From: Candidatus Nanoarchaeia archaeon
Lineage (GTDB): Archaea > Nanobdellota > Nanobdellia > Pacearchaeales > GW2011-AR1
Assembly (NCBI GenBank): GCA_028711165.1
Contig: JAQTST010000001.1
Location: 232,857 to 296,856, forward strand
Reading direction: 5' to 3'
Length of the DNA: 64,000 bases
Of this stretch, positions 19,710-30,474 are shown piece after piece (positions within the stretch are counted from its first letter, which is position 1; each line of letters opens with the position of its first letter). The notes under the pieces were generated by a model. That model made no database searches, was not told the DNA's origin, and saw only the letters and a list, made by a program, of their open reading frames with translations. Made by a program: the position numbers and the translations under genes.

Positions 19710-19876
19710 AATTCTATCTCTCTTTTTTGTGATTATAATCTTTCTCGTAATAGAAAATATATTTACTTAATTACAGAAATATTTAAATAGTATATCTTTC
19801 TTGTGTATACCATATGTATATACGTTAACCCCTTTCAACCAGCCATATCTAAAAGATATGGTTGGCTTATATTTAC

Positions 19877-20011
19877 AAAATAAAATGACAACAGATATTT
19901 TTGACAATGGAAACCACCAGCGGGTTTTTCACAAATCCTGCAACCCTGCGACAGGAAATCGCAGAAAAAACAAATCACAAAAATAAAATGACAACTGATA
20001 TTTTTGATAAT
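19877..20011. repeat. 32-bp direct duplication of a gene start enclosing a family C-related insert
   Basis: AAAATAAAATGACAAC(A/T)GATATTTTTGA(C/T)AAT at 19877 and 19980. Confidence 0.85.
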
Positions 20012-20350
20012 ACTATATTATGCAGGAAATGCAACACAAAAATGCAGAAAGCAAAAATTGTAAAAAACGGATTTTTATTCAGGGCAATAGTTTGTCCAAA
20101 ATGCAATGAAAAAATAATTCATCCTGCTGACGAACAGGAATATAATAAATTTGTAAATTTGAAAAATAAAGAATTCCATGTGAAGATGAGACTTGTGGGG
20201 AACAGCTACGCTGTTTCAATTCCGAAAGAAATTGTTTCATTCATGAAAGAACAGGAAAAAATAATGGACGACATGGTAAGATTATGTTTTGAGGATATGG
20301 GAAAATTAAGTTTAAATTTTGTTGAAGAAACTAAAAAGTTAGAAAAATAA
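19988..20350 (+). CDS. Zn-ribbon + AbrB/MazE-like DNA-binding protein
   Basis: CRKC...CPKC followed by KMRLVGNSYAVSIPKEI. Confidence 0.8.
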   Translation: MTTDIFDNTILCRKCNTKMQKAKIVKNGFLFRAIVCPKCNEKIIHPADEQEYNKFVNLKNKEFHVKMRLVGNSYAVSIPKEIVSFMKEQEKIMDDMVRLCFEDMGKLSLNFVEETKKLEK

Positions 20351-20351
20351 A

Positions 20352-21185
20352 ATGGCAAATAAAGAAATTAAAATTATGAATTATAATATTTTGCATGGTT
20401 TTCATAATGATGCAGAAGCTCCAGTATTAGATAAAGAAAGATTACAATCTGCACAGAAGGTAGTGGAAGAGGAAAATCCAGACATTTTAATCTTGACCGA
20501 AGCTTGTTTTGCTGAAAAAAATAAATACGGGATTAAAATGGACTATCCTAAATTATTTAATTTTCCTTATCACTTTCATGCTGCAGGAAATTGGGAATGG
20601 GGGTCGTCGATTCTTTCTAAATTTCCAATAATCTCGTCGGAAAATTATAGTATGGACAAAAGAAATTTCTCAAAAAATGAATTAGATGTTAATGGTCAAA
20701 AAGTTTATGTTGATGTAGCTCATCCTTATCCAGATTTATCTGAATTTGAAAAAAGAAGATTTTTCTATTCACAACTCCGAGATATAAAAAAACCTTATAT
20801 CCTTGCGGGGGATTTTAATGCTCTTTCCGACGATGATAAATACAATAGAGAAAAATTGTTAAGTGGTTATGGGGGGTTTATGAAAAATAAAGGACTTGCT
20901 AAAAAAGTTGTTGATGACTTATTAACTTACCAAACAATTCCAGAAATTAGAAAACATGGGCTCATTGATACTTACACTTCTTCTTATGATGATAACGATT
21001 ATACTATGCCCACTAAATATATTCTTCCTGAAAATAAAAATTCTCGAATAAGAACTGATTACATCTTTTGTTCTCCTGATTTTATTGTGAATGATGCAAG
21101 AATTATTAAAAATAAATATACCAATAAAGCATCAGACCATTACCCGATTGTCGCAAATTTAAAATTAAAAAACTCTAAGAAATAA
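20352..21185 (+). CDS. Endonuclease/exonuclease/phosphatase (EEP) family protein
   Basis: YNI, GDFNA, DYIF and ASDHYP motifs. Confidence 0.9.
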   Translation: MANKEIKIMNYNILHGFHNDAEAPVLDKERLQSAQKVVEEENPDILILTEACFAEKNKYGIKMDYPKLFNFPYHFHAAGNWEWGSSILSKFPIISSENYSMDKRNFSKNELDVNGQKVYVDVAHPYPDLSEFEKRRFFYSQLRDIKKPYILAGDFNALSDDDKYNREKLLSGYGGFMKNKGLAKKVVDDLLTYQTIPEIRKHGLIDTYTSSYDDNDYTMPTKYILPENKNSRIRTDYIFCSPDFIVNDARIIKNKYTNKASDHYPIVANLKLKNSKK

Positions 21186-21186
21186 A

Positions 21187-23490
21187 ATGCCTAAGGAAAA
21201 ACAAATTCAATTGAAAGTTGTGGAAGCATTGCAGGATGATGCATACAAAGGTATCGCGAGAATTGATTCTGAAGTAATGAGAGATTTGAATATCCGAAGA
21301 GGAGACATAATTGTCATTAAAGGAAATCGGGAAACTGTTGCAATTGCTGACAGAGCTTATCCTGCTGATATGGGGGAAGGAATAATTCGTATCGACGGTA
21401 TTTTGAGAAAAAATTCAAAGACAGGAATCGGGGATGTTGTTACAATTACAAAAGCTGATGTTAAAGAAGCAAAAAAAGTTGTGATTGCTCCTGCTCAAAA
21501 AGGAATAATGGTTCAGGCAGATTCTGACGGACTTAGAAGAGGACTTTTGGGAAGAGCTGTTTTGAAAGGAGATATTGTTGTTTTGGGTGGTGTGCAACGA
21601 AGAAGAGATTTGATGTCAGAGGAGTTCGGGGATATGGATGATGTGTTCGGGAATCTTGGAGATATTTTGGGAGGAATGGGTTTTGGAAATATGGGCGGGG
21701 GAGTCACGCAAATCAAATTCATGATTATTTCTGCAAATCCGAATCAGCCTGTTATAATTACAGAAAACACTGAAGTTTCTTTGAGTCCAAAAGCAGTTGA
21801 ACTCAGCGACGAGAAAATCCCTGAAATTACTTATGAAGACATCGGAGGACTCACTGATGAAATTAAAAAAATTCGTGAGCTAGTTGAAATTCCATTGAAG
21901 CATCCTGAAATTTTTGAGAGACTTGGAATTGAACCTCCGAAAGGAATCTTGCTTCACGGACCGCCCGGAACTGGTAAAACACTTTTGGCAAAAGCAGTTG
22001 CAAATGAATCAGAAGCAAATTTTATTTTATTGAATGGGCCAGAAATCATGTCAAAATTTTATGGAGAATCTGAAAAGAAAATCAGAGATATTTTTGAAGA
22101 AGCTGAAAAAACTGCGCCTGCAATTATTTTTATCGACGAGATTGATGCGATTGCACCGAAGAGAGAAGAAGTTCAGGGAGAAGTTGAGAGAAGAGTTGTT
22201 TCGCAATTATTGACAATGATGGACGGATTGAAATCAAGAGGGAAAGTTATTGTTATCGGTGCTACTAATCGTCCAAATGCAATTGATTCTGCTTTGAGAC
22301 GTCCTGGAAGATTTGACCGGGAACTTGAAATTTCTGTTCCTGGAAAAGAAGGAAGATTGCAGGTTTTGAAAATTCACACAAGAAATATGCCGATGGACAA
22401 GAAAGTTAATCTTGATGAAATAGCGTCGATAACTCACGGGTTTGTCGGGGCTGATTTGGAATCTCTGACAAAAGAAGCAGCGATTATTGTTCTTAGAAAA
22501 ATTCTTCCACAGATGAAACTTGACGGCGAAGAAAAAATTCCTCAGGAAATTCTTGAAAAATTAATTGTCAGCCACGATGATTTCGTTGATGCATTGAAAA
22601 CAGTCCGTCCTTCAGCGATGAGAGAAGTTCTTGTTGAAACTCCGAATATTGAATGGAACAGCGTCGGTGGATTAGATTCTATCAAGCAAGAATTGAAAGA
22701 AGCTGTTGAATGGCCTATGAAATATTCTGATAGTTTTGAGAGACTTGGAATTCGTCCTTCACGGGGAATTTTACTCTATGGGCCTCCCGGAACAGGAAAA
22801 ACACTTTTGGCAAAAGCAGTTGCAAAAGAATCAGAGGCAAATTTTATACAAGTTAAAGGACCTTCATTGCTAAGCATGTGGGTTGGTAAATCTGAAGAAG
22901 GTATGAGGAAAATTTTTGAGAGAGCGAGACAAGTTGCTCCCTGCGTGATTTTCTTCGACGAGATTGATTCACTTGCGGGAAGGAGGGGAATGGAAACAGG
23001 AACAAAAGTTACAGAAAGAGTTTTGAATCAAATGCTCGCAGAAATGGACGGGCTTGAAGATTTGAATGATGTTATTGTTATTGGTGCTACTAATCGTCCA
23101 GATATGCTGGACACTGCATTGCTGAGGCCTGGAAGATTCGACAAGATACTTTTGGTGAATGCTCCTGAAGACGACGGAAGACTTGAAGTTTTGAAAATTC
23201 ACACAAAAAAAATGCCTCTTGCGAAAGATGTTGACTTGAAATATATTGCAAAAGAAACTTCAGGATACACTGGTGCTGATTTGGAAGCTGTTGCCAGAGA
23301 AGCTGCTTACTTCGCACTTAGGAAAGACATTAATTCCAAGGAAGTAAAGAAAGAACATTTTGAAGAGGCGCTGAAAAAAGTCAAGCCGAGCGTGACGAAA
23401 TCAACTATTGATTTGTACAAGAGAATCGAGGAAACTTATTTGAAATCAGCGAAGGCTGCTATTCCGATGGATAACAGTTATTTAGGATAA
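21187..23490 (+). CDS. cdc48: CDC48/VCP family AAA ATPase
   Basis: N-domain plus two AAA modules, each with GPPGTGKT and RPGRFD. Confidence 0.97.
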   Translation: MPKEKQIQLKVVEALQDDAYKGIARIDSEVMRDLNIRRGDIIVIKGNRETVAIADRAYPADMGEGIIRIDGILRKNSKTGIGDVVTITKADVKEAKKVVIAPAQKGIMVQADSDGLRRGLLGRAVLKGDIVVLGGVQRRRDLMSEEFGDMDDVFGNLGDILGGMGFGNMGGGVTQIKFMIISANPNQPVIITENTEVSLSPKAVELSDEKIPEITYEDIGGLTDEIKKIRELVEIPLKHPEIFERLGIEPPKGILLHGPPGTGKTLLAKAVANESEANFILLNGPEIMSKFYGESEKKIRDIFEEAEKTAPAIIFIDEIDAIAPKREEVQGEVERRVVSQLLTMMDGLKSRGKVIVIGATNRPNAIDSALRRPGRFDRELEISVPGKEGRLQVLKIHTRNMPMDKKVNLDEIASITHGFVGADLESLTKEAAIIVLRKILPQMKLDGEEKIPQEILEKLIVSHDDFVDALKTVRPSAMREVLVETPNIEWNSVGGLDSIKQELKEAVEWPMKYSDSFERLGIRPSRGILLYGPPGTGKTLLAKAVAKESEANFIQVKGPSLLSMWVGKSEEGMRKIFERARQVAPCVIFFDEIDSLAGRRGMETGTKVTERVLNQMLAEMDGLEDLNDVIVIGATNRPDMLDTALLRPGRFDKILLVNAPEDDGRLEVLKIHTKKMPLAKDVDLKYIAKETSGYTGADLEAVAREAAYFALRKDINSKEVKKEHFEEALKKVKPSVTKSTIDLYKRIEETYLKSAKAAIPMDNSYLG

Positions 23491-23491
23491 A

Positions 23492-23701
23492 ATGACAAAT
23501 TTTGAAAGTAAGGTTTTAGTTATGTGTGCCTGGTGCAAGAGAATAAAATTAGACGGCAAATGGGTTGGTGAAAAATATCCCAATTATGAATTTGTTGTAG
23601 AAAGTTATGGAAGAAATGTTACTCATACTATTTGTAAAGATGATGCTAAAAAATATTATCCAAACTTATTCACTCGTCACAATAATTTTATCGTCGACTA
23701 A
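23492..23701 (+). CDS. Small CAWC...H.IC Zn-binding protein
   Basis: CAWCKRI...THTICKDD pattern. Confidence 0.6.
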   Translation: MTNFESKVLVMCAWCKRIKLDGKWVGEKYPNYEFVVESYGRNVTHTICKDDAKKYYPNLFTRHNNFIVD

Positions 23702-24556
23702 TATTGTGTTTTCTGCCTGTGAGACTTTTGCGTGAGAGACTTCAATTAACTGTGGATACTGATGAAGATTTCCATTTTCCTCCAACTGCTTTAATGCAAA
23801 CAGAGATTTTATTCCGAATTTTTTTACGAGCCATCTTGAACAAAAAGGAAGTGTCTGATATTCGTCAGCTATAAAATCCAATATTTCCCTCGCTGTTGGA
23901 TTTCTGACATTCTTGCTGTCTATTAAAATATAAATTCCTGAAGGTTTTCCCTCGTAAATTTTTCCGCTTCCGTTTGTTGCGAAAGGCTCGATTGCATACA
24001 ATCCTTCACTGAGCTTTTCTTTATTTGTTGTTTTAATATTCATAATCGTAAGTCCTGCATGAAGTTCATATTCTTCCATTTCATGTCCTGTCAAATTAAC
24101 AATCGGAGAAAATTTGTATGATTCCATAGTCTCCTGAATTACTTTTCCTATTTCTCCGAGGGAACTTTTTTTCTCTGCTTCTCTGATTGCATTTTTCAGG
24201 GCTTTTTCAGATGCTTCAATTAATTTTTTATTTTCTGAATTATTTTCCAAATCAACTGAAAAAGCTGTGTCAGCAATCCAACCGTCGACGTGAACTCCAA
24301 AATCTACTTTCAGCAAACCGCTTGCTTTTGTCTCGTCATTGTAAGAAGGCGTGTAATGCGCGGCAATTTCATTTATTGAAAGATTTGTCGGGAAAGCAGG
24401 TTTTCCTTTTAGTTCTTTTATTTTATTTTCAATTTTTTCTGCGAGTTCAAGAAGGGGCATTCCTTTTTTTATTTGGGGTTTTATCCATTCTTTGACTTCG
24501 CTGGCAATCTTTCCTGCCTGCAAAATTTTTTCCTTTTGTTTTGATCTTGATGTCAT
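23666..24556 (-). CDS. map: Methionine aminopeptidase type II
   Basis: AAHYTP, DFGVHVDGWIADTA, GH and AIEPFAT motifs. Confidence 0.95.
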   Translation of the reverse strand: MTSRSKQKEKILQAGKIASEVKEWIKPQIKKGMPLLELAEKIENKIKELKGKPAFPTNLSINEIAAHYTPSYNDETKASGLLKVDFGVHVDGWIADTAFSVDLENNSENKKLIEASEKALKNAIREAEKKSSLGEIGKVIQETMESYKFSPIVNLTGHEMEEYELHAGLTIMNIKTTNKEKLSEGLYAIEPFATNGSGKIYEGKPSGIYILIDSKNVRNPTAREILDFIADEYQTLPFCSRWLVKKFGIKSLFALKQLEENGNLHQYPQLIEVSHAKVSQAENTILVDDKIIVTSE

Positions 24557-25119
24557 TCTTCTACCTTAATTTCTTTATATTTTAATCTTCTGCTTTTGGG
24601 TATGAAGTTACTTATTTTCTCTGCTGAGATTTTTCCTGTTCCGAGGAAATCGTTTTTGAACTTCATAATAAAAAATCCTTTTTCTATTTCGATTTCGCTC
24701 GTCGAGCCCACCCTCCCGCCCAACGGGGAATTAATTTGTACTCGCGAAATCTCTCTTGATTTCTTTATATCTTCTAATAACAATTCCTGCCCCATCATCC
24801 ATTGCTCTGCCTGTTTCTCGTCGAGTTCAAAAATATTTTTTGTAATTTGCTCTTTCATCAATTGAACTCCTTCAATACTCAATCTCAAGTCCTGTGTCTT
24901 CTCATCTATCTTTGCAAAATACAATCCAATTCCTTCAATCCTTGCAAACCTGTCTAATCCTAAAATTTCTTTTTCTGAAATATCTCCTGAAAAAACAATT
25001 ATTCTTTCTCTTCCAAGTTTTGCTAAACTGAATGGCACGTCTTTTATTCCAAACTGCTCGTTAAGTTGTTTGATGAATTGTTCTTTTTCATTTTTATTAA
25101 AAAATTTGAGAGGTATCAT
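24553..25119 (-). CDS. NIP7/RsmF-C-like PUA-related protein carrying an in-frame family A insert
   Basis: GLYFAKI...RLSIEG...WMMG...LGTGK...NFIPKSRR; near an RsmB/NOP gene; likely start MIPLK at 25119. Confidence 0.7.
   Translation of the reverse strand: MIPLKFFNKNEKEQFIKQLNEQFGIKDVPFSLAKLGRERIIVFSGDISEKEILGLDRFARIEGIGLYFAKIDEKTQDLRLSIEGVQLMKEQITKNIFELDEKQAEQWMMGQELLLEDIKKSREISRVQINSPLGGRVGSTSEIEIEKGFFIMKFKNDFLGTGKISAEKISNFIPKSRRLKYKEIKVEE
24691..24751. repeat. Family A element inside CDS
   Basis: GATTTCGC...GCGAAATC arms; CCCACCCTCCCGCCC at 24707. Confidence 0.88.
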
Positions 25120-25128
25120 TGCGCAGAC

Positions 25129-25156
25129 ACTAAGAACCGAGGTTCCTAATACCTCC
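25129..25156. repeat. Family C element
   Basis: ACTAAGAACCGAGGTTCCTAATACCTCC, versus ACTAAGAACCCAAGGTTCCTAATACCTCC at 4736. Confidence 0.85.
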
Positions 25157-25465
25157 GATTGTCTTCTTAATCTTCCCACTAAATTTGTGCTCATGGCTGA
25201 TTATTTTCTTCTTCTTTAACCTTTTAATTAACCATCTAATAAACAAAAATAATATTGTTGTTCCAATATAAATAATGAACATACCGCCTGTTATCATAAA
25301 TAACAAAGCTACTCCAATTGCTCCGCCAATCCCAGACATTCCAGAGCCACTGAATGTTTTCATTTTGATAAATGCTAATAAAAAAATAATAGTGAGGAAA
25401 CCTCCGAGGATAATCCAGATTATTTTGAATATCTTTTTTATTATTTTTTTTGTTTTGGTGTTCAT
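25130..25465 (-). CDS. Small two-TM membrane protein
   Basis: Two hydrophobic helices; stop codon lies within the family C repeat. Confidence 0.65.
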   Translation of the reverse strand: MNTKTKKIIKKIFKIIWIILGGFLTIIFLLAFIKMKTFSGSGMSGIGGAIGVALLFMITGGMFIIYIGTTILFLFIRWLIKRLKKKKIISHEHKFSGKIKKTIGGIRNLGS

Positions 25466-26418
25466 TTTAACTTTTTGATTTTTGCGATGAAAAACCCTTC
25501 AGTATTTTCTGTTTGAGGATAAACTCTGCAAGTTAATTTAACATCTTCAAGATATTCTTTCTCTCCAAACTTTACAATTCCCTGATTTGTCTTTATCGGA
25601 AGATTTATCTTTTCAACCTTGACATTAAAATTTTTCAGAGCAAAATCAATTACTTCTTCATTTTCTTCTGGTGCGTGAGTGCAAGTGCTGTAAACTAATT
25701 CGCCGTTTGGTTTTAGAATTTCTATTGCTGAAGCAATTAGTGATTTTTGAAGTCTTGATAAATTTTCTATTGTTTTTATGTTCCACATTTCCAGCGTCGA
25801 CGGAGTGCTTCTGATTGTTCCTTCTCCTGAACAAGGTGCGTCCAATAAAATTTTATCAAAGAAGAATTTCTCATTTTTGAAACGATTGCACAAAGCAATT
25901 CCATCTTTTTTTGTGATTATCATATTCATCACTCCGCATCTTTCTGTATTTGCCGCGAGAATTTTTATTCTCCCAATTTTCATTTCATTGGCAATTAACA
26001 ATCCTGAATTTTTCATCATTGCTGACATCTGAGTTGTCTTGCTCCCCGGAGAAGCACACAAATCAAGAACTTTCTCGCCGGGTTTTGGATTAAGAACTAA
26101 TGGAGGAAGCATACTTGCAATTTCCTGAATGTAATAATAACCAAGTAGATGCTCCAATGCTCTTCCAAGTTCTCCGGGCTGAAGTTTTGATTCGACAATC
26201 ATAATCTCTGGAAAATCCTTGAAAGGAATTTTTATCTTCCAACCTTTTTCTTCAAGGCGTTTCTTCAACTCTTTCGGAGAAATTTTTAATGTGTTGCAGC
26301 GAAAAGAACGGACAGGTTCTTCTTTCAGAATTTCCATATAAGACTCAAAATCTTTTCCAAGAAGAATTTTCATTCTCTCAAGAAATAATGGTTTTGGTTC
26401 GTAAGTTCTTTTAGTCAT
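25462..26418 (-). CDS. RsmB/NOP2 family RNA m5C methyltransferase
   Basis: LDLCASPGSKT, LLDAPCSGEG and YSTCT..PEENE motifs. Confidence 0.95.
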   Translation of the reverse strand: MTKRTYEPKPLFLERMKILLGKDFESYMEILKEEPVRSFRCNTLKISPKELKKRLEEKGWKIKIPFKDFPEIMIVESKLQPGELGRALEHLLGYYYIQEIASMLPPLVLNPKPGEKVLDLCASPGSKTTQMSAMMKNSGLLIANEMKIGRIKILAANTERCGVMNMIITKKDGIALCNRFKNEKFFFDKILLDAPCSGEGTIRSTPSTLEMWNIKTIENLSRLQKSLIASAIEILKPNGELVYSTCTHAPEENEEVIDFALKNFNVKVEKINLPIKTNQGIVKFGEKEYLEDVKLTCRVYPQTENTEGFFIAKIKKLK

Positions 26419-26419
26419 A

Positions 26420-28882
26420 TTAAAATTCCCCCAGCGTCTTCTGCTTTTTTGTTTCGATGATTGTGTTAACGTCGAAATTGAAAACCTGCATTATATTTTC
26501 AACTGCCGGGAGAATCTGATGCTTGAGGTAATATTCAATGTTATATTCCCCTGGCTCGTCGCTGAGTTTTACTTTATCTCTCACAAGTTTTTTCTTGCTG
26601 TCTGTTTCTGCGATGTAATATTCAATCAGGGTTCCCATATCAATTGGCATTTCTTTTTCGAGCATTTTTTGTGCAGCAACGACGTGAGGAGTAATTGATT
26701 TATATTCGGAGATTGGTTTTTTCAATTGCGTTCTTATCATCATTTTTTTAACATTTATTTTTCTCTCCTTTACTTCTTTTACAAGTTTTTTCAAATATTC
26801 AAGAGCGCGTTTTTCATCTCCGTCTTCCAAAATCATAAGAAGAACATTATTCTGGATTTCTCTTGCAAGAGCACACCAGTCTCTTCTGACTGTTTCAAAC
26901 CCACGAATTTTTAATTTATCTTTTTCAGTTATCAAGGCATATTTTTTCTTCGCGCCAAATTCTCCTGTTCTTGTTGTAACCCAAATTCCTCTTTTGTAAA
27001 AATCTTCAAGCTCCAGTTCCATAATTCCTGGCAACCCTGAATTCAATTTTTTCAAAAACTCAAGAGTTTTTTGTTTTGATTTTTCATTAAGCAGGAAAGC
27101 AATTGAATCTGTGTCTGAATAAATTGTCTTGTAGCCTTCATTATTTATTTTTGCAATTATCTCTTTTATGAAATCACGGCTTATCGACGTCGCTGATGCC
27201 GAAGCTTCTGGGCAGTAATATCTTGCTCCAAAAAATCCCAGGTAACCATAAGATGCATTTGCCAAAAGTTTGAATGCATTGCTTCTTGCTTTTTTTATGA
27301 CATCGAATTTTTCAGCCAATTCCTTTTTGTATTTTTTTCTCTTCTCTATTATTTCTTTCAGCATCTCGGGGAAAAATCCCGGCTTCTTTGAAAAATAAAC
27401 TTTCTTGTCTTTCAAGTCAACTTCAAGGGAATTTTTTTCTTTCTTTTCAAGCATCGTCGATTTTGAAAGATTGAATGTAACGATAATACTTGGCCAGTAA
27501 CTTGTGAAATCAAAAATTCCGAGATTCTGATATAATCCTGCTGTCGGCTCGAAAACGAAAGCTCCGACGTATTTTTCTCTTTTTTTTCTTTCTCCAATCT
27601 CGTCGTATCCCGGACGCCTTTCAGGAATCTCGTTAAACCTGCTGAGATTATGAAGTATGTAATCTTCTACATTTCTTGACATGCCATTTCTTGACACATC
27701 AAAAACAGGCTCCTGCATTACTCTTGTAAACTCCAGCAAGTCGGGCCAGATCTTTTCGAAAATTTTGTATGTCAGAACAGAATCGTGAAGATTGTATTCA
27801 AAATATTTTTCCCATCCGTCGCTGTCGATTTTTGACGAGTGCCTGAATTCAAATTCTTTTTTGCCCTCGCCAAGAAATTCATTTGCGACTTCATTAAGCG
27901 ACATTACTTCTGACTGCATATACTGAGAATAAGCTGTTTCTATAAATCGCAGCAAATCAATATGGACAATTCCGTCGATTTTTGCTGTACCAAATCTTCC
28001 AACTCCTGATTTTGAAAATCTCGGCTGGCTTCCGTCAAGTCCGATGTCTAATTTAATTTTATGCTTCATTGCCCGTGCTTTAATATACGGAAAATCAAAA
28101 CCATCTGTAAAATATCCGACGAGAAAATCTGGGGAAATTTTTTTGACTATCTCAACGAATCTTTCAATTAATTCCGCTTCATCTTTCACGCATTCAACAT
28201 AGTCTAATTTTTTTGTGCATTTTTTCCATGTTATCACTTTTTTAAAATTCTCAGAAATAAATGAAACCATCAAAAGTTCTCCTTCGCCAATTTTTAAATC
28301 ATCTGCTTCAATATCGAAGGCAAGAACCTTCGGGGAAAAATTTTGCTTGTCAGATTGTTTTATTGAATCAACTTTTATGCATAAGTCAACATTCAGCGAA
28401 GAATCTATCCCACCAAACTCCAGACTGTTATTTAAAATTTCCCCGTTGATTTCGTACCAGTTTAGCGGATTTAATTTTTTTTCCATGATATAATGGCTTA
28501 TGAAACCCAAATCATAACCTCTTCGTTTTTCTATTTCGGGCATTCCTAGCTGGTCTGCTATGTCGTGCAAATCTTTGTAATTTGTCGCGAAAATTTTCAG
28601 GGCTTTTACTTCGTTTCCTAAAAATTTTTTATTGTGCAGTTCAACCTTCTCGACTTTGGTTCTTCTTCCTTTTACATCAAGCTGTATCTCTCCTATTTTT
28701 TCACTCAATCTTTCAATTTCTTTTTGGCTTATTTTTTCTTTTAGAATTGCCCAGAAATATACGTCGCAGGAATCTATTATACAGACTCTTTTTCCATTTG
28801 AGCTTCTACCAATTACCTTTGCGAAGTTTCTGCCTTCAAAATCAAAATAGTCATAATCGACGGGAATAAAATCTAGTTTCAT
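26420..28882 (-). CDS. polB: Family B DNA polymerase
   Basis: Exo FDIE/FDFPY/YNLHD; pol DFTSYWPS, KLLANASYGY, YSDTDS; C-terminal PIP-like QKTLGEF; no intein. Confidence 0.96.
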   Translation of the reverse strand: MKLDFIPVDYDYFDFEGRNFAKVIGRSSNGKRVCIIDSCDVYFWAILKEKISQKEIERLSEKIGEIQLDVKGRRTKVEKVELHNKKFLGNEVKALKIFATNYKDLHDIADQLGMPEIEKRRGYDLGFISHYIMEKKLNPLNWYEINGEILNNSLEFGGIDSSLNVDLCIKVDSIKQSDKQNFSPKVLAFDIEADDLKIGEGELLMVSFISENFKKVITWKKCTKKLDYVECVKDEAELIERFVEIVKKISPDFLVGYFTDGFDFPYIKARAMKHKIKLDIGLDGSQPRFSKSGVGRFGTAKIDGIVHIDLLRFIETAYSQYMQSEVMSLNEVANEFLGEGKKEFEFRHSSKIDSDGWEKYFEYNLHDSVLTYKIFEKIWPDLLEFTRVMQEPVFDVSRNGMSRNVEDYILHNLSRFNEIPERRPGYDEIGERKKREKYVGAFVFEPTAGLYQNLGIFDFTSYWPSIIVTFNLSKSTMLEKKEKNSLEVDLKDKKVYFSKKPGFFPEMLKEIIEKRKKYKKELAEKFDVIKKARSNAFKLLANASYGYLGFFGARYYCPEASASATSISRDFIKEIIAKINNEGYKTIYSDTDSIAFLLNEKSKQKTLEFLKKLNSGLPGIMELELEDFYKRGIWVTTRTGEFGAKKKYALITEKDKLKIRGFETVRRDWCALAREIQNNVLLMILEDGDEKRALEYLKKLVKEVKERKINVKKMMIRTQLKKPISEYKSITPHVVAAQKMLEKEMPIDMGTLIEYYIAETDSKKKLVRDKVKLSDEPGEYNIEYYLKHQILPAVENIMQVFNFDVNTIIETKKQKTLGEF

Positions 28883-28934
28883 AATTAATCAAGCTATTAA
28901 TAAGATTTAAATATTCTCGTTTGAGGATTTTATT

Positions 28935-29408
28935 ATGGCAAATTCACTTGAAATACAAACATTTGATGAACTTAGAAAAAGCAGAGTTATTGCAATAAGT
29001 AATTGGAATGGTCTTGACTATAAACAAATATGTGACACTCTTGGTTTAGAACCAGAAATTCCTGAATTGTATGCATTGGGAGAAGCAGAAAAAATTTATT
29101 GGGATAACAAAGGCTCTGACTACGAAGACAGCAAAATGCGTGAATTTGAGAGAAATAAATTAAAGACTCCGCCAAGAAAAGAACAAAGTCAGGCGAGATA
29201 TGAAAAATTTTATACTCTCTGGGCAAACTCAAGAATTAATGAAAACAGTTTTGGTTTAGACAGTAAAGCAAAAAGAAAAGCTCTTTTAATTTTTCCTAAG
29301 TTTCAAAAAACTGGCGTTCAGAATATAGAACAGTTGAATGATTTGCAAGTTGGAAAATTATACAAAACTATGCTTGATTATTCTATGGAAAGAATTGACA
29401 GAATATAA
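28935..29408 (+). CDS. Hypothetical protein
   Basis: 157-aa ORF between polB and fen1. Confidence 0.6.
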   Translation: MANSLEIQTFDELRKSRVIAISNWNGLDYKQICDTLGLEPEIPELYALGEAEKIYWDNKGSDYEDSKMREFERNKLKTPPRKEQSQARYEKFYTLWANSRINENSFGLDSKAKRKALLIFPKFQKTGVQNIEQLNDLQVGKLYKTMLDYSMERIDRI

Positions 29409-29442
29409 TAAAATATTTATATCTGAATTTAATGAATAACTT

Positions 29443-30474
29443 ATGGGACTAAATATAAGGGAGATTATTCCAAGAAGGGAAATTGAACTTTCTGACTTAA
29501 AAGGGAAAACGATTTGCGTTGATGCTTTTAACACTTTGTACCAATTTTTATCGTCGATAAGACAGGTTGACGGCACTCCGCTGATGGACAGCAAAAAAAG
29601 AGTTACCAGTCATTTGTCGGGAATTTTTTACAGAAATATTGCACTGCTCGAACACGGGATAAAACTTGTTTATGTTTTTGACGGGAAACCTCCTGAACTG
29701 AAATACAAAACTTTTGAGAAGCGAGGCGGGGCGAGAGAAATTGCGAGGGGAAGATATGAAGAAGCAAAAGGGGAAGAAGATTTTGAAAAAATGAAGAGAT
29801 ACGGCAGCCAGCTTATCCGACTGAATGACGATATGATTAAGGAAAGCAAACAACTTCTTGAGGCGATGGGGATTGCAGTTATTCAGGCGCCGGGCGAGGG
29901 AGAGGCACAGGCAGCTTATCTCGCGAGAACAAGAGAAGGAATTTACGCGAGTGCGAGCCAGGATTATGACAGCCTGCTTTTTGGCGCTCCGAAATTAATA
30001 AGAAATTTAACTTTGGCTAAAAGAAGAAAAACAATAAGCGGATGGATGGAAGTTAAACCTGAAATTATTGAACTTGAAAAAGTTTTGAATTCTCTGGAAA
30101 TAAATCTTGACCAATTAATTTGTCTTGGAATCCTGGTAGGAACTGATTACAATCCAAAAGGAATTCCCGGAATTGGGCAGAAAAAAGCACTACAAATTGT
30201 CAAGAAATACAAGCAACCTGTTTTGATATTTGAAAGCCTCAAGGAACAGATGGAGAATCTTCCTGAAGAAGACAAATTTGACTGGAAAGTAGTTTTTGAA
30301 TTATTTCACAAGCCGAATGTTGCTCACTCGATATTTATCTTCGGGAAAGTAAATGAGAATAAGATAAGAGAGATACTTGTCAAAGAACACGATTTTTCCG
30401 ACGACAGAGTTCAGAAGCAGTTAGAAAGACTTAGAGAAATTCTTGAAAAGAACAAACAAAAAACCCTTTTCTGA
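29443..30474 (+). CDS. fen: Flap endonuclease 1
   Basis: DAFNTLYQFL, EGEAQAA, SQDYD and GTDYN motifs; QKTLF tail. Confidence 0.97.
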   Translation: MGLNIREIIPRREIELSDLKGKTICVDAFNTLYQFLSSIRQVDGTPLMDSKKRVTSHLSGIFYRNIALLEHGIKLVYVFDGKPPELKYKTFEKRGGAREIARGRYEEAKGEEDFEKMKRYGSQLIRLNDDMIKESKQLLEAMGIAVIQAPGEGEAQAAYLARTREGIYASASQDYDSLLFGAPKLIRNLTLAKRRKTISGWMEVKPEIIELEKVLNSLEINLDQLICLGILVGTDYNPKGIPGIGQKKALQIVKKYKQPVLIFESLKEQMENLPEEDKFDWKVVFELFHKPNVAHSIFIFGKVNENKIREILVKEHDFSDDRVQKQLERLREILEKNKQKTLF

